Shown one piece after another: positions 41,230-54,719 of a stretch of DNA of 64,000 nucleotides; position 1 is the first letter of the stretch, and every line of letters starts with the position of its first letter. The DNA comes from Dendrobates tinctorius (lineage: Eukaryota). The notes beneath the pieces were generated by a model, which saw only the letters and a program-made list of their open reading frames with translations, had not been told where the DNA came from and made no database searches. The position numbers and the translations under genes were made by a program. The stretch spans positions 7,006,001 to 7,070,000 of the forward strand of contig NW_027361752.1 of NCBI RefSeq assembly GCF_039654945.1, given 5' to 3'.

Positions 41230-41357
41230 GGGAGATACAAAGCGGAGGACAGTCCGTGATGCTGTGGGAGCGCTAGGAAGGCTTCACCATCATGGCCGCT
41301 CTAAGGCGCCCACTAACTTCCTCCTCTTCATTGGCTTCTCCAAAAAGGAGTCCAGTC
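41230..41357 (-). other. ARL13B: ARL13B 5'UTR part of the ATG-containing exon, with two short uORFs
   Basis: Strong acceptor TTCTTTTTTTCAG ending at 41358 (minus strand). uORFs MKRRKLVGALERP* and MMVKPS* precede the main ATG. Confidence 0.55.
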
Positions 41358-42279
41358 CTGAAAAAAAGAACAGAGCGTAAAATAAAATGATATCCGGATA
41401 CAGTATGACGGTTTACTTATAGCATGAAACCCTCAATATTTGCAGTCGACTGCGATATCTAGTGGGGAGAATGGAGATCAGCCCGAGTTCACACAGATAT
41501 CATTTGTCAGACACAGTGCCCCTCCTGTCTACAGGTGATGCCTGGTATTGCAGGTCCTCTATGCCCCTGTGTAACCATCACACAATGGAAGAAAGCAAAG
41601 ATCCTGAAGGAAGACATGAATAATGGTGCAGGAAACACCAAGCTCTTCTGCTCTAGGCTACATTGTATCTGAGGGCCGCAGGTTCCTATGGAGCCATCAC
41701 ATAGCAGCATCACTGACATGTGACAGACAGATGACATTATTATATACAGCACAGAGGCGTAGCTAGGGTTTCAGCTTGGGGGGGGTGAAAAGTACGAGTG
41801 GGCCACTAGCCAGGTAATCCTGACTACGACTACGGTGGTGCACCCTAATTGTGAGTATAGGGGAACATTAGCAGATGACCGTGCTGTGATTGAAAATAAA
41901 TCTATATACAAGAACGACCACTGATATTACTATATGGGGACCATATCGTAGTAGATATCAGTCCTGCAGAAATTATAAGAGATCACAGCATAGTTATAGA
42001 TGGTGACTAACAGCTGACGTTCTTTCTGGTGGACTTTCGCAGTCGTTTCTATCTGGCCCAGACCGATAAGACAACTTTTCCAACCAGGACTCGTCTGCAA
42101 AGATTACAACACATCTGACTTTTCATATTTACTGCACCGTCCATATCTATGCCAAACCTGAGCAAACTACTCATCCTGCTAATACCCCAATACTGAGCCG
42201 CTGCTGCCATATATGTGTCCTACAGCACCTGCTGTGTGGTACAATAACGGCTCATCTTACCACCCCACATAATAGGCCA

Positions 42280-42980
42280 CCACTGTGCCCCTTGTATAGT
42301 AACAGTGCCACCACTGTGCCCCTTACAAAGTAATAATGCCACCACTGTGCCCCTTACAAAGTAACAATGCCACCACTGTGCCCCTTACAAAGTAACAATG
42401 CCACCACTGTGCCCCTTACAAAGTAACAATGCCACCACTGTGCCCCTTACAAAGTAATAATGCCACCACTGTGCCCCTTACAAAGTAACAATGCCACCAC
42501 TGTGCCCCTTACAAAGTAACAATGCCACCACTGTGCCCCTTACATAGTAACAATGCCACCACTGTGCCCCTTACATAGTAACAATGCCACCACTGTGCCC
42601 CTTACATAGTAACAATGCCACCACTGTGCCCCTTACATAGTAACAATGCCACCACTGTGCCCCTTACAAAGTAACAGTGTGCCCCTTAAAAAGTAACAAT
42701 GCCACCACTGTGCCCCTTACATAGTAATAATGCCACCACTGTGCCCCTTGCATAGTAATAATGCCACCACTGTGCCCCTTGCATAGTAATAATGCCACCA
42801 CTGTGCCCCTTACATAGTAACAATGCCACCACTGTGCCCCTTACATAGTAATAATGCCACCACTGTGTCCCTTACATAGTAATAGTGCCACCACTGTGCC
42901 CCTTACATAGTAATAATGCCACCACTGTGCCCCTTACATAGTAATAATGCCACCACTGTGCCCCTTACATAGTAATAGTG
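42280..42980. repeat. 31-bp minisatellite
   Basis: gtaacaatgccaccactgtgccccttacata repeated about 22 times. Confidence 0.95.
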
Positions 42981-43338
42981 CCTTCTTTGCGCTCTATAGC
43001 TAGTAAAATTCCACCCTAAAAAACATTAATGCCCTGTGCTAGTGCCCTCCACATTTTGTCCCTAAAAAGTAATAATACCTCATATGCAACTTTGATGGTC
43101 ACAACACTGAGTGCCCCTATAACAATAATGCTTCTTCAGTGCCCACTTAACATTTATTATCACAGGTTCGAGCAGGCGGTCACGTCATGACTCTTTCGGC
43201 TTCTCTCAATTCTCTTCTAATGAGAGAAACCAAACAGTTTTTTGGCACCGCTCCAGTCCAGCGGGTCCATCTTGTGAGCGCAGCTTCCGACTGGCCAGAA
43301 ATTAGAAGCTACGTCACAAGCGCTCAGTGGAAGTCTAA

Positions 43339-43748
43339 GGCTACTTTCACACTAGCGTTATCGGTCGCAGCGCTCGGCCGCCGCTAAGCTCCACCCCCAG
43401 CTGCACCCCCTCCGGTCAGCTCCTCCTATGGTCGCATGACGTTGCATGTGATCAGCGTACCCTATATTTAGCGTTGGGTACACAGGCCGTGCACTGATAT
43501 GATTTTGTCGGCGCTGCGCCGAGCACACAAAAATGCAACACAGTGTGTTTTTGTGCGCTCGGCGCAGCGCCAAAAGGGCGCAAGCGCCGGCAAAATCATG
43601 ACAGCATACCCAACGCTAAATATAGGGTTCGCTGATCGCATGAAGCATCATGCGACCATAGGAGGAGCTGACCGGAAGACGCACGGCCAGGGGCGGAACT
43701 CAGCGGCGGCCGAGTGCTGCGACTGATAACGCAAGTGTGCAAGTAGCC
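43339..43748. mobile_element. Palindromic Harbinger-type MITE
   Basis: GGCTACTTTCACACT / AGTGTGCAAGTAGCC, TAA TSD. Confidence 0.75.
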
Positions 43749-43999
43749 TAAGACAGAAAGAGGCGAGAACAAGACCTAACTGGGGTTTTCATAGACTCAC
43801 ATTGATTAGAGACCTCTGCGCCACTCCATGAAAGACTGGACCAGCGGACAGGTCACAATCTGCAGGAGATGGAGCTGAGCGGCGGCGAAAACAGATGAAA
43901 ACGCAGGAAGGTGAGTAGCAGACAGTCGGTAGAGGTCTTGGATTTAAATGGCACCACTCCAGCGGTGAAATAAAAAAACATGCTGAAGTGGTGCTTTAA

Positions 44000-44783
44000 A
44001 GGGAATCTGTCACCCTCCGGGACATGTATAACCTATTAATATGAGCATACAGGTAATAGAAATGTTACACTAGTCCTACTTGTCTGCCTCATATTAGTGG
44101 TCTTGTTGCTGAGAAATCTTATATTCTTTCTTTATGTTAATGATTTCTTCCAGACTCCGGGGCGTGTGGTTCTTGTAACACTACCTCTCTCCCATCAGCA
44201 TCAGTTACAGCCCCGGAATCCTGCACCCTGCACTCCCTCAGGAATACATCCCTCATCCTCTCCCTTCTGTGGGCGCTGCATTCAAAGAACTTCTGTGCAG
44301 GCGAGCCACTGTGACCTCCGGTGTGTGCGCGCCAATAAGATGCTCTCCCCACTTCTTCCCTGCATAGTCATCGCTAGGAACCATATTTACATGGTGATGA
44401 CTATGCAGGGAGGAAGTGGGGAGAGCACCTTATCAGCGCGCACACCAGAGGTCACTGGAGTTGAAGCCGCAAGAGCAGAAGATCCCTGAATGCAGCGCCC
44501 ATAGAAGGGAGAATTAGGTGTGTTTCTGAGGGGGTGCAGGATTTCGGGGACATAACTGGCACTGATGGAAGGGAGTAAGTATTACGATGAAGACAGGAGG
44601 CAGGGATTTCTTCCAGGCACCGCACGTCCCGGAGTCTGGAAGAAATCATAAGCATAAAGACAGAATATAACATTTCTCAACAAGACCGTAAATGAGGCAG
44701 ACAGGTAGGACTAGTGTAACATTTCAATTACCTGTATGCCCATATTAATAGGTAATACACATCCATGGGGTGACAGATTCCCT
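44000..44783. mobile_element. Kolobok/T2-type MITE, long palindrome
   Basis: TTAA TSD, AGGGAATCTGTCACCC TIRs, fold-back body. Confidence 0.8.
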
Positions 44784-45184
44784 TTAAATATGATGCAGCT
44801 CATGGTTACTATGTGGGGGCTTGCTATACTAATACTCGTAAAAGACCCAACTGGTAAGTATCAAAAGCCCCCTGACCTCCCCATCTCCAGCCCCCCAGAG
44901 AGCAACTATTACGTGTAATAGCGTGAATATAATCTAACAAAACAGTATAATAAGCAAAAATAAACTTGGCACTCAAATTGGTGAAAAGAGAGAAAATTCC
45001 ATTTATTTTGCATCGAGATGTCTGGATGCAAAACAAATGAAATTTTCTCTTTTTTCACCAATGTGAGTGCCAAGTTTATTTTTGCTTATATTACGAGTTG
45101 GATACCCTACATGAGCACCATCCACAAGCTAATCTGTTGAGTGCTTTGTTGTTTTCTATTTTTTAGAACAATATAATAATCAGC

Positions 45185-48100
45185 CCCCCAGTGCCCTGTA
45201 GCCCCTCACCCACCTCAGCCCTCACAATACCCCCATCCTCTCACATTCACCCCCCAGTGCCCTGTCGCCCCTCACAATACCCCCATCCTCTCACATTCAC
45301 CCCTCAGTGCCCTGTCGCCCCTCACAATACCCCCATCCTCTCACATTCACCCCTCAGTGCCCTGTCGCCCCTCACAATACCCCCATCCTCTCACATTCAC
45401 CCCCCAGTGCCCTGTCGCCCCTCACAATACCCCCATCCTCTCACATTCACCCCCCAGTGCCCTGTCGCCCCTCACCCACCTCAACCCCCACGATACCCCC
45501 ATCTTCTCACATTCACCCCCCAGTGCCCTGCCGCCCCTCACCCACCTCAGCCCTCACAATACCCCCATCCTCTCACATTCACCCCCAGTGCCCTGTCGCC
45601 TCTCACAATACCCCCATCCTCTCACATTCACCCCCCAGTGCCCTGTCGCCCCTCACCCACCTCAGCCCTCACAATACCCCCATCCTCTCACATTCACCCC
45701 CAGTGTCCTGTCGCCCCCACAATACCCCATCCTCTCACATTCACCCCCCCAGTGCCGTCGCCCCTCACCCACCTCACCCCCCACAATACCCCCATCTTCT
45801 CACATTCATCCCCCAGTGCCCTGTTGCCCCCCACAATACCCCCATCCTCTCACATTCACCCCCCCAGTGCCGTCGCCCCTCAACCACCTCAATACCCCCA
45901 TCTTCTCACATTCATCCCCCCAGTGCCCTGTCGCCCCCCACAATACCCCCATCCTCTCACATTCACCCCCCCAGTGCCGTCGCCCCTCAACCACCTCAAT
46001 ACCCCCATCTTCTCACATTCATCCCCCCAGTGCCCTGTCGCCCCCCACAATACCCCATCCTCTCACATTCACCCCCCAGTGCCCTGTTGCCCCCCACAAT
46101 ACCCCCATCCTCTCACATTCACCCCCCAGTGCCCTGTCGCCCCTCACCCACCTCAACCCCCACAATACCCCCATCCTCTCACATTCACCCCCCAGTGCCC
46201 TGTCGCCCTTCACCCACCTCAGCCCTCACAATACCCCCATCCTCTCACATTCACCCCCCAGTGCCCTGTCTCCCCTCACCCACCTCAGCCCTCACAATAC
46301 CCCCATCATCTCACATTCACCCCCCAGTGCCCTGTCGCCCCCCACAATACCCCCATCCTCTCACATTCACCCCCCAGTGCCCTGTCACCCCTCACCCACC
46401 TCAGCCCTCACAATACCCCCATCCTCTCACATTCACCCCCCAGTGCCCTGTCGCCCTTCACCCACCTCAGCCCTCACAATACCCCCATCCTCTCACATTC
46501 ACCCCCCAGTGCCCTGTCTCCCCTCACCCACCTCAGCCCTCACAATACCCCCATCATCTCACATTCACCCCCCAGTGCCCTGTCGCCCCCCACAATACCC
46601 CCATCCTCTCACATTCACCCCCCAGTGCCCTGTCGCCCCTCACCCACCTCAGCCCTCACAATACCCCCATCCTCTCACATTCACCCCCCAGTGTCCTGTC
46701 GCCCCCACAATACCCCATCCTCTCACATTCACCCCCCCAGTGCCGTCGCCCCTCACCCACCTCACCCCCCACAATACCCCCATCTTCTCACATTCATCCC
46801 CCAGTGCCCTGTTGCCCCCCACAATACCCCCATCCTCTCACATTCACCCCCCCAGTGCCGTCGCCCCTCAACCACCTCAATACCCCCATCTTCTCACATT
46901 CATCCCCCCAGTGCCCTGTCGCCCCCCACAATACCCCATCCTCTCACATTCACCCCCCAGTGCCCTGTTGCCCCCCACAATACCCCCATCCTCTCACATT
47001 CACCCCCCAGTGCCCTGTCGCCCTTCACCCACCTCAACCCTCACAATACCCCCATCCTCTCACATTCACCCCCCAGTGCCCTGTCGCCCTTCACCCACCT
47101 CAACCCTCACAATACCCCCATCCTCTCACATTCACCCCCCAGTGCCGTCGCCCTTCACCCACCTCAACCCTCACAATACCCCCATCTTCTCACATTCACC
47201 CCCCAGTGCCCTGTCTCCCCTCACCCACCTCAGCCCTCACAATACCCCCATCATCTCACATTCACCCCCCAGTGCCCTGTGGCCCCCCACAATACCCCCA
47301 TCCTCTCACATTCACCCCCCAGTGCCCTGTCACCCCTCACCCACCTCAACCCTCACAATACCCCCATCCTCTCACATTCACCCCCCAGTGCCCTGTCGCC
47401 CTTCACCCACCTCAACCCTCACAATACCCCCATCCTCTCACATTCACCCCCCAGTGCCCTGTCGCCCTTCACCCACCTCAACCCTCACAATACCCCCATC
47501 TTCTCACATTCACCCCCCAGTGCCCTGTCTCCCCTCACCCACCTCAGCCCTCACAATACCCCCATCATCTCACATTCACCCCCCAGTGCCCTGTCGCCCC
47601 CCACAATACCCCCATCCTCTCACATTCACCCCCCAGTGCCCTGTCACCCCTCACCCACCTCAACCCTCACAATACCCCCATCTCACATTCACCCCCCAGT
47701 GCCCTGTCACCCCTCACCCACCTCAATACCCCCATCTTCTCACATTCATCCCCCCAGTGCCCTGTCGCCCCCCACAATACCCCATCCTCTCACATTCACC
47801 CCCCAGTGCCCTGTTGCCCCCCACAATACCCCCATCCTCTCACATTCACCCCCCAGTGCCCTGTCGCCCCTCACCCACCTCAACCCCCACAATACCCCCA
47901 TCCTCTCACATTCACCCCCCAGTGCCCTGTCGCCCTTCACCCACCTCAACCCTCACAATACCCCCATCCTCTCACATTCACCCCCCAGTGCCCTGTCGCC
48001 CTTCACCCACCTCAACCCTCACAATACCCCCATCTTCTCACATTCACCCCCCAGTGCCCTGTCTCCCCTCACCCACCTCAGCCCTCACAATACCCCCATC

Positions 48101-48235
48101 ATCTCACATTCACCCCCCAGTGCCCTGTCGCCCCCCACAATACCCCCATCCTCTCACATTCACCCCCCAGTGCCCTGTCACCCCTCACCCACCTCAGCCC
48201 CCACAATACCCCATCCTCTCATATTCACCCCCCAA
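45185..48235. repeat. 3-kb C-rich minisatellite (50-bp unit and about 66-bp variant)
   Basis: cccccagtgccctgtcgcccctcacaatacccccatcctctcacattcac, with or without an inserted ccacctcarccctcac-like block. Confidence 0.97.
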
Positions 48236-48559
48236 TGACCATAACATGCCTTCATTTAATCAATCTCTTACATGTCTTCCCCACTTGGAGATGGAGTTTG
48301 CAGGCACTGGCAGTGAGGCAGAACCAGCAAGTGTCTGAGTGAAATGCAGGATCGGCACCAGGACCCAGCGAGCCCGACACAATCCAAGCATCCCACGCAC
48401 AAAACTGCAACCTGACAGGCAGAACAGACAGTGACGCCTGCACTTCACACTGCAGGAGGGAGACTCTGCAACTGGCTACTGTGCAGTGTTCTGCCTCACA
48501 CAGCAGTGGCTCCGGCTCCCGGAGGGCCCCTCAGTAGCTATACAGCAGCATCCACAAGA

Positions 48560-48960
48560 CCCACCTCACTACCGCCGCCTCGTGTGGGAGCCCGTGACCG
48601 GCAGTGGCCACACAGCGCCGACTACATAGCGGCCGGTCCTCCACAGCCTGTGATTTATCACTACAGACGGACAAGACAGAACACACCGGAAGCTGCAGAC
48701 TCTATGGTAACCCAGCAAACACTTTCCTGTGGCTGGCAGTCCCGCCCCCACTCTCTTTCCCAGCCAATAGATATTTTGATACCAATCTACCAATTGCGAG
48801 GCGTGACTTATAAATGATTCCTTGGAGGAGATGGTAGAAGAGCGGTGATTGGCTACCTGTAGGGACGTAGTGTTGTTATGGTGTTTGTGATTACAGGAGG
48901 CTACAGAGATTTTGTGTGTAATCTGTAGGGAGCGAAGTGAAACTACAAGTCCCAGCATCT
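48560..48960 (-). promoter_or_regulatory. Putative ARL13B promoter and non-coding first exon
   Basis: CpG-richer segment. ETS CCGGAAG (48686), X-box-like GTTACCATAGAGTC (minus, 48698-48711), GC box (48742), CCAAT boxes (48764, 48782, 48790), ZNF143-type ACTACAAGTCCCAGCA (48942), and candidate donor GAG|GTGGGT at 48564. Confidence 0.55.
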
Positions 48961-49244
48961 TTCTGGGCAAATTAAAACTGGTAAAAAATATGGATGTGTG
49001 GAACCAATCAGATCGCATCTCTCGTTTTTCAGAGGGCATATGATAAATGGAAGCAGTGCGCTGATTGGTTGCCATGAGCAGCTATGCCACTTTTCGTTTG
49101 CACCAATTTTGACACATTGCTCTCAGGGCGTCAGATCCCGGGCAACAAATGTGCAACAGTCACTAGTGAATGGGATGATGGCGAAAGCTAATGTATAATA
49201 AAGAGTGAGGAAACGTGGCAGGACCTGCAACAGCATCCACACAG

Positions 49245-50020
49245 AGAGAGGACACCATACTTGTGGGTTTTGCAGCAGATTCCATCCGTGGTGAGGACAC
49301 AGCGCTTGTGGGTTTTGCAGCAGATTCCATGCGGGGTGAGGACACCGCGCTTGTGGGTTTTGCAGCAGATTCCATGCGGGGTGAGGACACCGCGCTTGTG
49401 GGTTTTGCAGCAGATTCCATGCGGGGTGAGGACACCGCGCTTGTGGGTTTTGCAGCAGATTCCATCCGGGGTGAGGACACCGCGCTTGTGGGTTTTGCAG
49501 CAGATTCCATCCGGGGTGAGGACACCGCGCTTGTGGGTTTTGCAGCAGATTCCATGCGGGGTGAGGACACCGCGCTTGTGGGTTTTGCAGCAGATTCCAT
49601 GCGGGGTGAGGACACCGCACTTGTGGGTTTTGCAGCAGATTCCATGCGGGGTGAGGACACCGCGCTTGTGGGTTTTGCAGCAGATTCCATCCAGGGTGAG
49701 GAAACCGCGCTTGTGGGTTTTGCAACAGATTCCATCCGGGGTGAGGACACCGCGCTTGTGGGTTTTGCAGCAGATTCCATGCGGGGTGAGGACACCGCGC
49801 TTGTGGATTTTGCAGCAGATTCCATGCGGGGTGAGGACACCGCACTTGTGGATTTTGCAGCAGATTCCATGCGGGGTGAGGACACCGCGCTTGTGGGTTT
49901 TGCAGCTGATTCCATGCGGGGTGAGGACACCGCGCTTGTGGGTTTTGCAGCAGATTCCATGCGGGGTGAGGACACCGCGCTTGTGGGTTTTGCAGCAGAT
50001 TCCATGCAGGGTGAGGACAT
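49245..50020. repeat. 45-bp minisatellite (about 17 copies; degenerate copies resume at about 50600-50720)
   Basis: gcttgtgggttttgcagcagattccatgcggggtgaggacaccgc. Confidence 0.95.
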
Positions 50021-50298
50021 TTGTTCAGAGCAGCCTATCATGTTCACTAATCAAAGTCATTCTATGTGTAAGGGTGCGTGTGTAGCCCATTCACTATCTC
50101 CATCTATCCCAGATGCCTGAACCATCATTGTAAATACACTATTGTAGATACACACCTGTACTTTGTATCTCCCCCACCTCATTGTAGATTGTAAGCTCTC
50201 ACGAGCAGGGTCGTCTCATTTTCGTCTTATTTTGCTTTAATTATTGTAGTGTTAACGTTGTTACTTATGACTTGTGTTTTGAAACTGTTAAACTGTAA

Positions 50299-50551
50299 GG
50301 CTATGTGCACACGTTGCGGATTCTGCTGCAGATTTTTCCGCGTGGAAACGCAGGTAAAACCGCAGGTAAAGTGACCTGCGGTTTTCCTGCGGTTTGGTCT
50401 GCGGTTTTGCCCTGCGGTTTCACACCTCTACTATGGTAAAGGTATGAAACCGCTGCGGAATCCGCACAAACAATTGACATGCTGCGGTTTGTAAACCAGG
50501 GCCAAAACCGCTGCGGAAACGCAGCAGAATCCGCAACGTGTGCACACAGCC
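50299..50551. mobile_element. Harbinger-type MITE inserted in an L2 3'-end fragment (about 50090-50603)
   Basis: TAA TSD splits the L2 tail motif tgtaa|agcgctgcggaatatg. The host fragment ends in (ATT)n. Confidence 0.8.
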
Positions 50552-51514
50552 TAAAGCGCTGCGGAATATGGTGGCGCTATATAAATAAAGATTATTATTA
50601 TTATGCTTGTGGATTTTCCTGCAGACTCCATGCGGGGCAAGGACACCGTGCTTGTAGGTTTTGCTGTAGATTCCACACTGGGCGAGGACACCGTGCTTGT
50701 GAGTTTTGCAGCAGATATTTTCACATATTTTTGAATCGGTTACATATTAATGTTGCTTTAGGCTAGAGTATATAGGTGGTAATGTTTCTCATGGATATTC
50801 TTGAGTGATTGGGGTAAATAAAGAACATGATATGTGGCTTAAAATTAAATTTTGGATTCTAATTATTGCTGTCTGTACTGTAAGTCTACTATCGGTAACG
50901 TTCTACTCACACATGCATCTATATAAGTGAATTGTGGAGTCATTTCCTCCACCAGCTGCTACAGTGATACCTAACACAACACAAGGTAGCAACAAAAAGA
51001 GGTTGTTAACAACACAGTTACTATACTGCCAGCTCTGGTTGTGGCAGTGTCATTCAATGACATCATTTGCTCACAGTGAATTGCATTTTATTTACATTGG
51101 TTTCCTATACCACATGCAACTGTTCACAATAAAAGTCATTTTGACCAGGGGTGCCCAAACATTTACACGCCACTGTAACTATACTGAGAATAAATTACAC
51201 ACAATTTACTCTTTATGTGACTTCTGGAGGCAATTGGTCATTCAGGATTTTCTTTAGGGGTCTGAACACAAATGCACGTCACAGTTTTTAGATTTACATT
51301 TTAAAAATAACTAGACAACCTTGCATCATTTCCTTTACGCTTCACAAATGCTTGCTACTTTGTGTTAGTATATCATATAAATTACATTTATGTTTGCCGG
51401 TGCAAATTGAAAAAATGTGGAAAAGTTCATGGAGTATGAATACTTTTTCAAGTCGCTATAATTGTCTCTTTGAGCATCATCAAAGGAATATATTATACAT
51501 TTTCATTATAGCCC

Positions 51515-51556
51515 CAACCCCCTGAGGAAGTCTGTGAAGCGAAACTCGTTAGGGTG
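51515..51556 (+). ncRNA. Degenerate minimal hammerhead-ribozyme-like motif (Penelope/retrozyme type)
   Basis: accc-c-CTGAGGA-N12-GAAA-ctc-GTT-a-gggt: conserved core boxes with helix I arms. Confidence 0.35.
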
Positions 51557-54500
51557 CCTATATGATGATTTTAGTGAGCACTAGCGATGCCGGTGTATAG
51601 CCTCGTGAATAGAGATTCTGTTTGAGCCGTTTCCAACCCATGAACTGCTGTCATGGTGGATATAGCATAGATAAAGATCCTAGAGATTGTAATTGTTAGA
51701 GAAATAACACAGGCACACTGGTGTGTTTTCGACTTATTTACTTAAAAAAAAAAGTAATAATAAAAGTCATTTTTGAATGCATCCCTCAATGAGGGTTTAT
51801 TTACCCTGTGGGTAATCTGGTAATATGACTTCTCCATCCCTATAGGGGTGTACACGCTCATTGGTTGAATTCTCATCTGTAATTTAACCTAACGGTATCA
51901 TTAATTGTGTCTTTTTTTCTTTCAGTTCTTCACGTAAACTAACTGGTGCCGGACTCAAAAAGGAGGGGGGAATGTTTAGCCCTAATTTTAATCAATAGGT
52001 AAGATGGAATATCAAATGTTTGGGTTGGGGTTCTACTTCAACAGCCAGCACTGTCTAAGTATTCGGGAAGCACATCTTTCAACTACCACGTATATTGCAG
52101 GAGTTTGCCACATTATCCGCTTCATTTAGTTCTCAAACTCCTACCTACTATTCAACAATCTGCAAATACTTCCTAGCTAAGTCTTGTGAATCTTGGTGCT
52201 GTTATGCTCCAAACTCTGCTGCAATCAGGGATGTGGAGTTGGTATAAAACGGAGCGACTCCAACTCCTAAAATATATAATAAATTGGGTACAGTAGTACA
52301 GTGCAGGATGTTTTCCTAATAATTTTGGAAAGTTATGAAATGTCCTATAAATGTCTGTTCTGTTCCTGATCCAAGGATCTCGGGTTTTAGTTGAGATGAA
52401 TCTGTGCTGGACTTTATGTAGTGACCAGTGCTGTGGAGTCGGGAGTCAGGGAAGTCACAGTCGGAGGTTTGGCTTACCGACTCTACAGCCCTGGCTGCGG
52501 CAGTTATCTGTGACTGGACTCATCTCCGCTAATATTGGTGCTGTTCACACCAATGTCTTTGCAACCTATTTGCCTGATTATTATTGCTCTTTAATTCCGC
52601 GATAATCATCTGATTGCTCCAAGTCCCTGATCGCATACACTTCTGCTATTAACCATTTGCTTGCTGCAAATTATCTGCGGATTATTTATGCATCTACTTG
52701 TTTTCTCTGCATCATCTGATATTTCCTGCTCCATTTGCCTGTCTGCTTTTTGTGCTGTTTTTTTCCTGTTCCTCTTGCAGAAAGTCAAGTCCAACTTCAC
52801 TGCACCAATGCCTTTAGTTTGTGCTGTTCACTCTAACCTACAGTTTATAAAATCCAGTTCACCAGGTGAGCCCATAACATCAGTGGGCTTATCGTTTCTG
52901 TCAACTGAAGCTCATCAGAGATACGTTCCTTATACTATCTTCCCAATTCCCATGACCGTTAAAGACAAACTCCTGCCAGACACCTAAGTGGCCATTTATC
53001 TTCAGAAGCAATCTAATCATAAAAATGTATATCCTACCTGTTACTCCCTGTATCACCAGACAAATCTTCTCTAGATGACTCTGTGATTGGGATTTAGTGG
53101 ACTCCAATCAGTAAAGCCTTTCACAACCATCTATGGTTAGTTTTTTTGATGCACCAGAGCTTTGCACAAGGTCTCTCCAGTGACCAGATGGTCTATCATT
53201 TCGATAAGTCATCAATGTCGGATCGGTGGTGATCTGACATTTGGCACCCCCTTTTGATCAGCTCTATCGAGACCCAGCAGTGGGCAGATGTAAGCATCGA
53301 ATGAAGCTGCGCTACGTTTTAGTCTCCTGGAAAGCGGTGGAAAAAAAAAAGCTGCAAATCATAAAATTGGCTTAAACATTATTTGTATGGATAACTGTGT
53401 CCAGATTACACCCACTTTCTAAATGTGTCAAATAGCAAAAAAAAAAATACTTTTAGAAAACATCACGTGAAATTTTTTTTAAATTATTTTTTTGCAGCAA
53501 AATACCTGACAAATTGAAAATCCTTGAGAAATTCTCACATAAGCGTAATGCTAGGTGCACATACAGTTTTAAGCTGGTCCGTTCTTTAAATGACCAAACA
53601 AATCACTTCAAAATTACTTGAAAGACTCTGCCTGGTCATTTCTATTGTAAAACCTCTTTGCTGGTCACAATTTGGTTTTAATAATTATTGTGCATTCTGT
53701 GTATCACTAATTACGGTATTCTTTGATCCGGATATTTAATTTTCTTTCTACTGCTATTATAATTCTGCACTTTATTTGTATTTATTTGCACTTTATTATT
53801 ATGTTGTTTACTGTGTAATCATCTCACATTAGTAAATTAGTCACTTGTCCCTTTATTCATACTGTTGCTGCTATCCTGCTGTTACCTTTTGTTTCTCTTT
53901 AATTAAGCCACTGCCTGTGTTTCCGATTCCTAAAAAAAAAAGGCACTAAAAACCTCCAAATATTTTCTTTGCACCATGTCACTTTATTATTCAGCAGAAT
54001 AAAACTAATTCTACAATGCTAGTTTGTTTTATTAAACTAGTTTACAGTAAAGAGGACCGTTCTCCTCCAGTTTGAACATGTTATACTGATCATATCATGA
54101 AATCGTGGCTGCAGAGCTAAGTAAAATGTAGTTTTTATGTTTTCAATTACTGATCTCTGTTGCGGAGATAATAACTTGTACGATTGAGGTTATAATTTAT
54201 CTTACAGTTCAACTGGGTGTTAGCAGAAATTTGTATCTGGGGTGTGTACTTTTTTTCCCCTGTATGATGTTGAACCAACCATAAGCAGGAAGCATTATGT
54301 ATAGTAGAAAAGAAGACACCCTTCTCTCCTCTCTGATTTTTGCATCTGTTGTATAGATATACAGCCGAGCTGAGTTATGTATCATTACAAACACTTCCAG
54401 AATTCATCTCACACCAGTCAGTGTGGGGGGAGAGGATGAGAACTGACAGAAAATTAAGATGAGATCTGTAAGGGTTTGTAATGATTAACAACTCAGCTCT

Positions 54501-54719
54501 GCTAGTGTCTCTACACAGTAGCTGCAGAGTTCAGTAGCTGGAGACGAGGGCTTGATCTTTTCTCCCCTGCATGACTCTGCCTTCTTATGATTGGTCAACC
54601 TCATACATGGAAAGAAGTACACTCTCTTCTCCTCATGGGTTGTTAGGTCCACTTCATATACAGCTGAATTACCTTTTATTGTCATCTGTATCATCTGTGT
54701 TGCATATATAACTGTAATA

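Noticed and set aside
45191-48342. Three roughly 1000-aa Pro/His-rich ORFs
   Set aside because: They are open in all three plus frames only because the C-rich repeat unit has no stop codons. They have no real ATG start or domain content.
49040-49100. X-box-like GTTGCCATGAGCA
   Set aside because: Part of a dispersed repeat (ctgattggttgc... also at about 9400-9550 and 23980-24080), so not specific evidence of regulation.
49123-50120. 15-aa repeat proteins on both strands
   Set aside because: A 45-bp unit is a multiple of 3, so frames stay open by chance. No splice or domain support.
52550-53110. Short minus-strand ORFs that look coding-like
   Set aside because: No recognisable domain or consistent splice sites. 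Possibly a decayed TE fragment; a translated database search would be needed.
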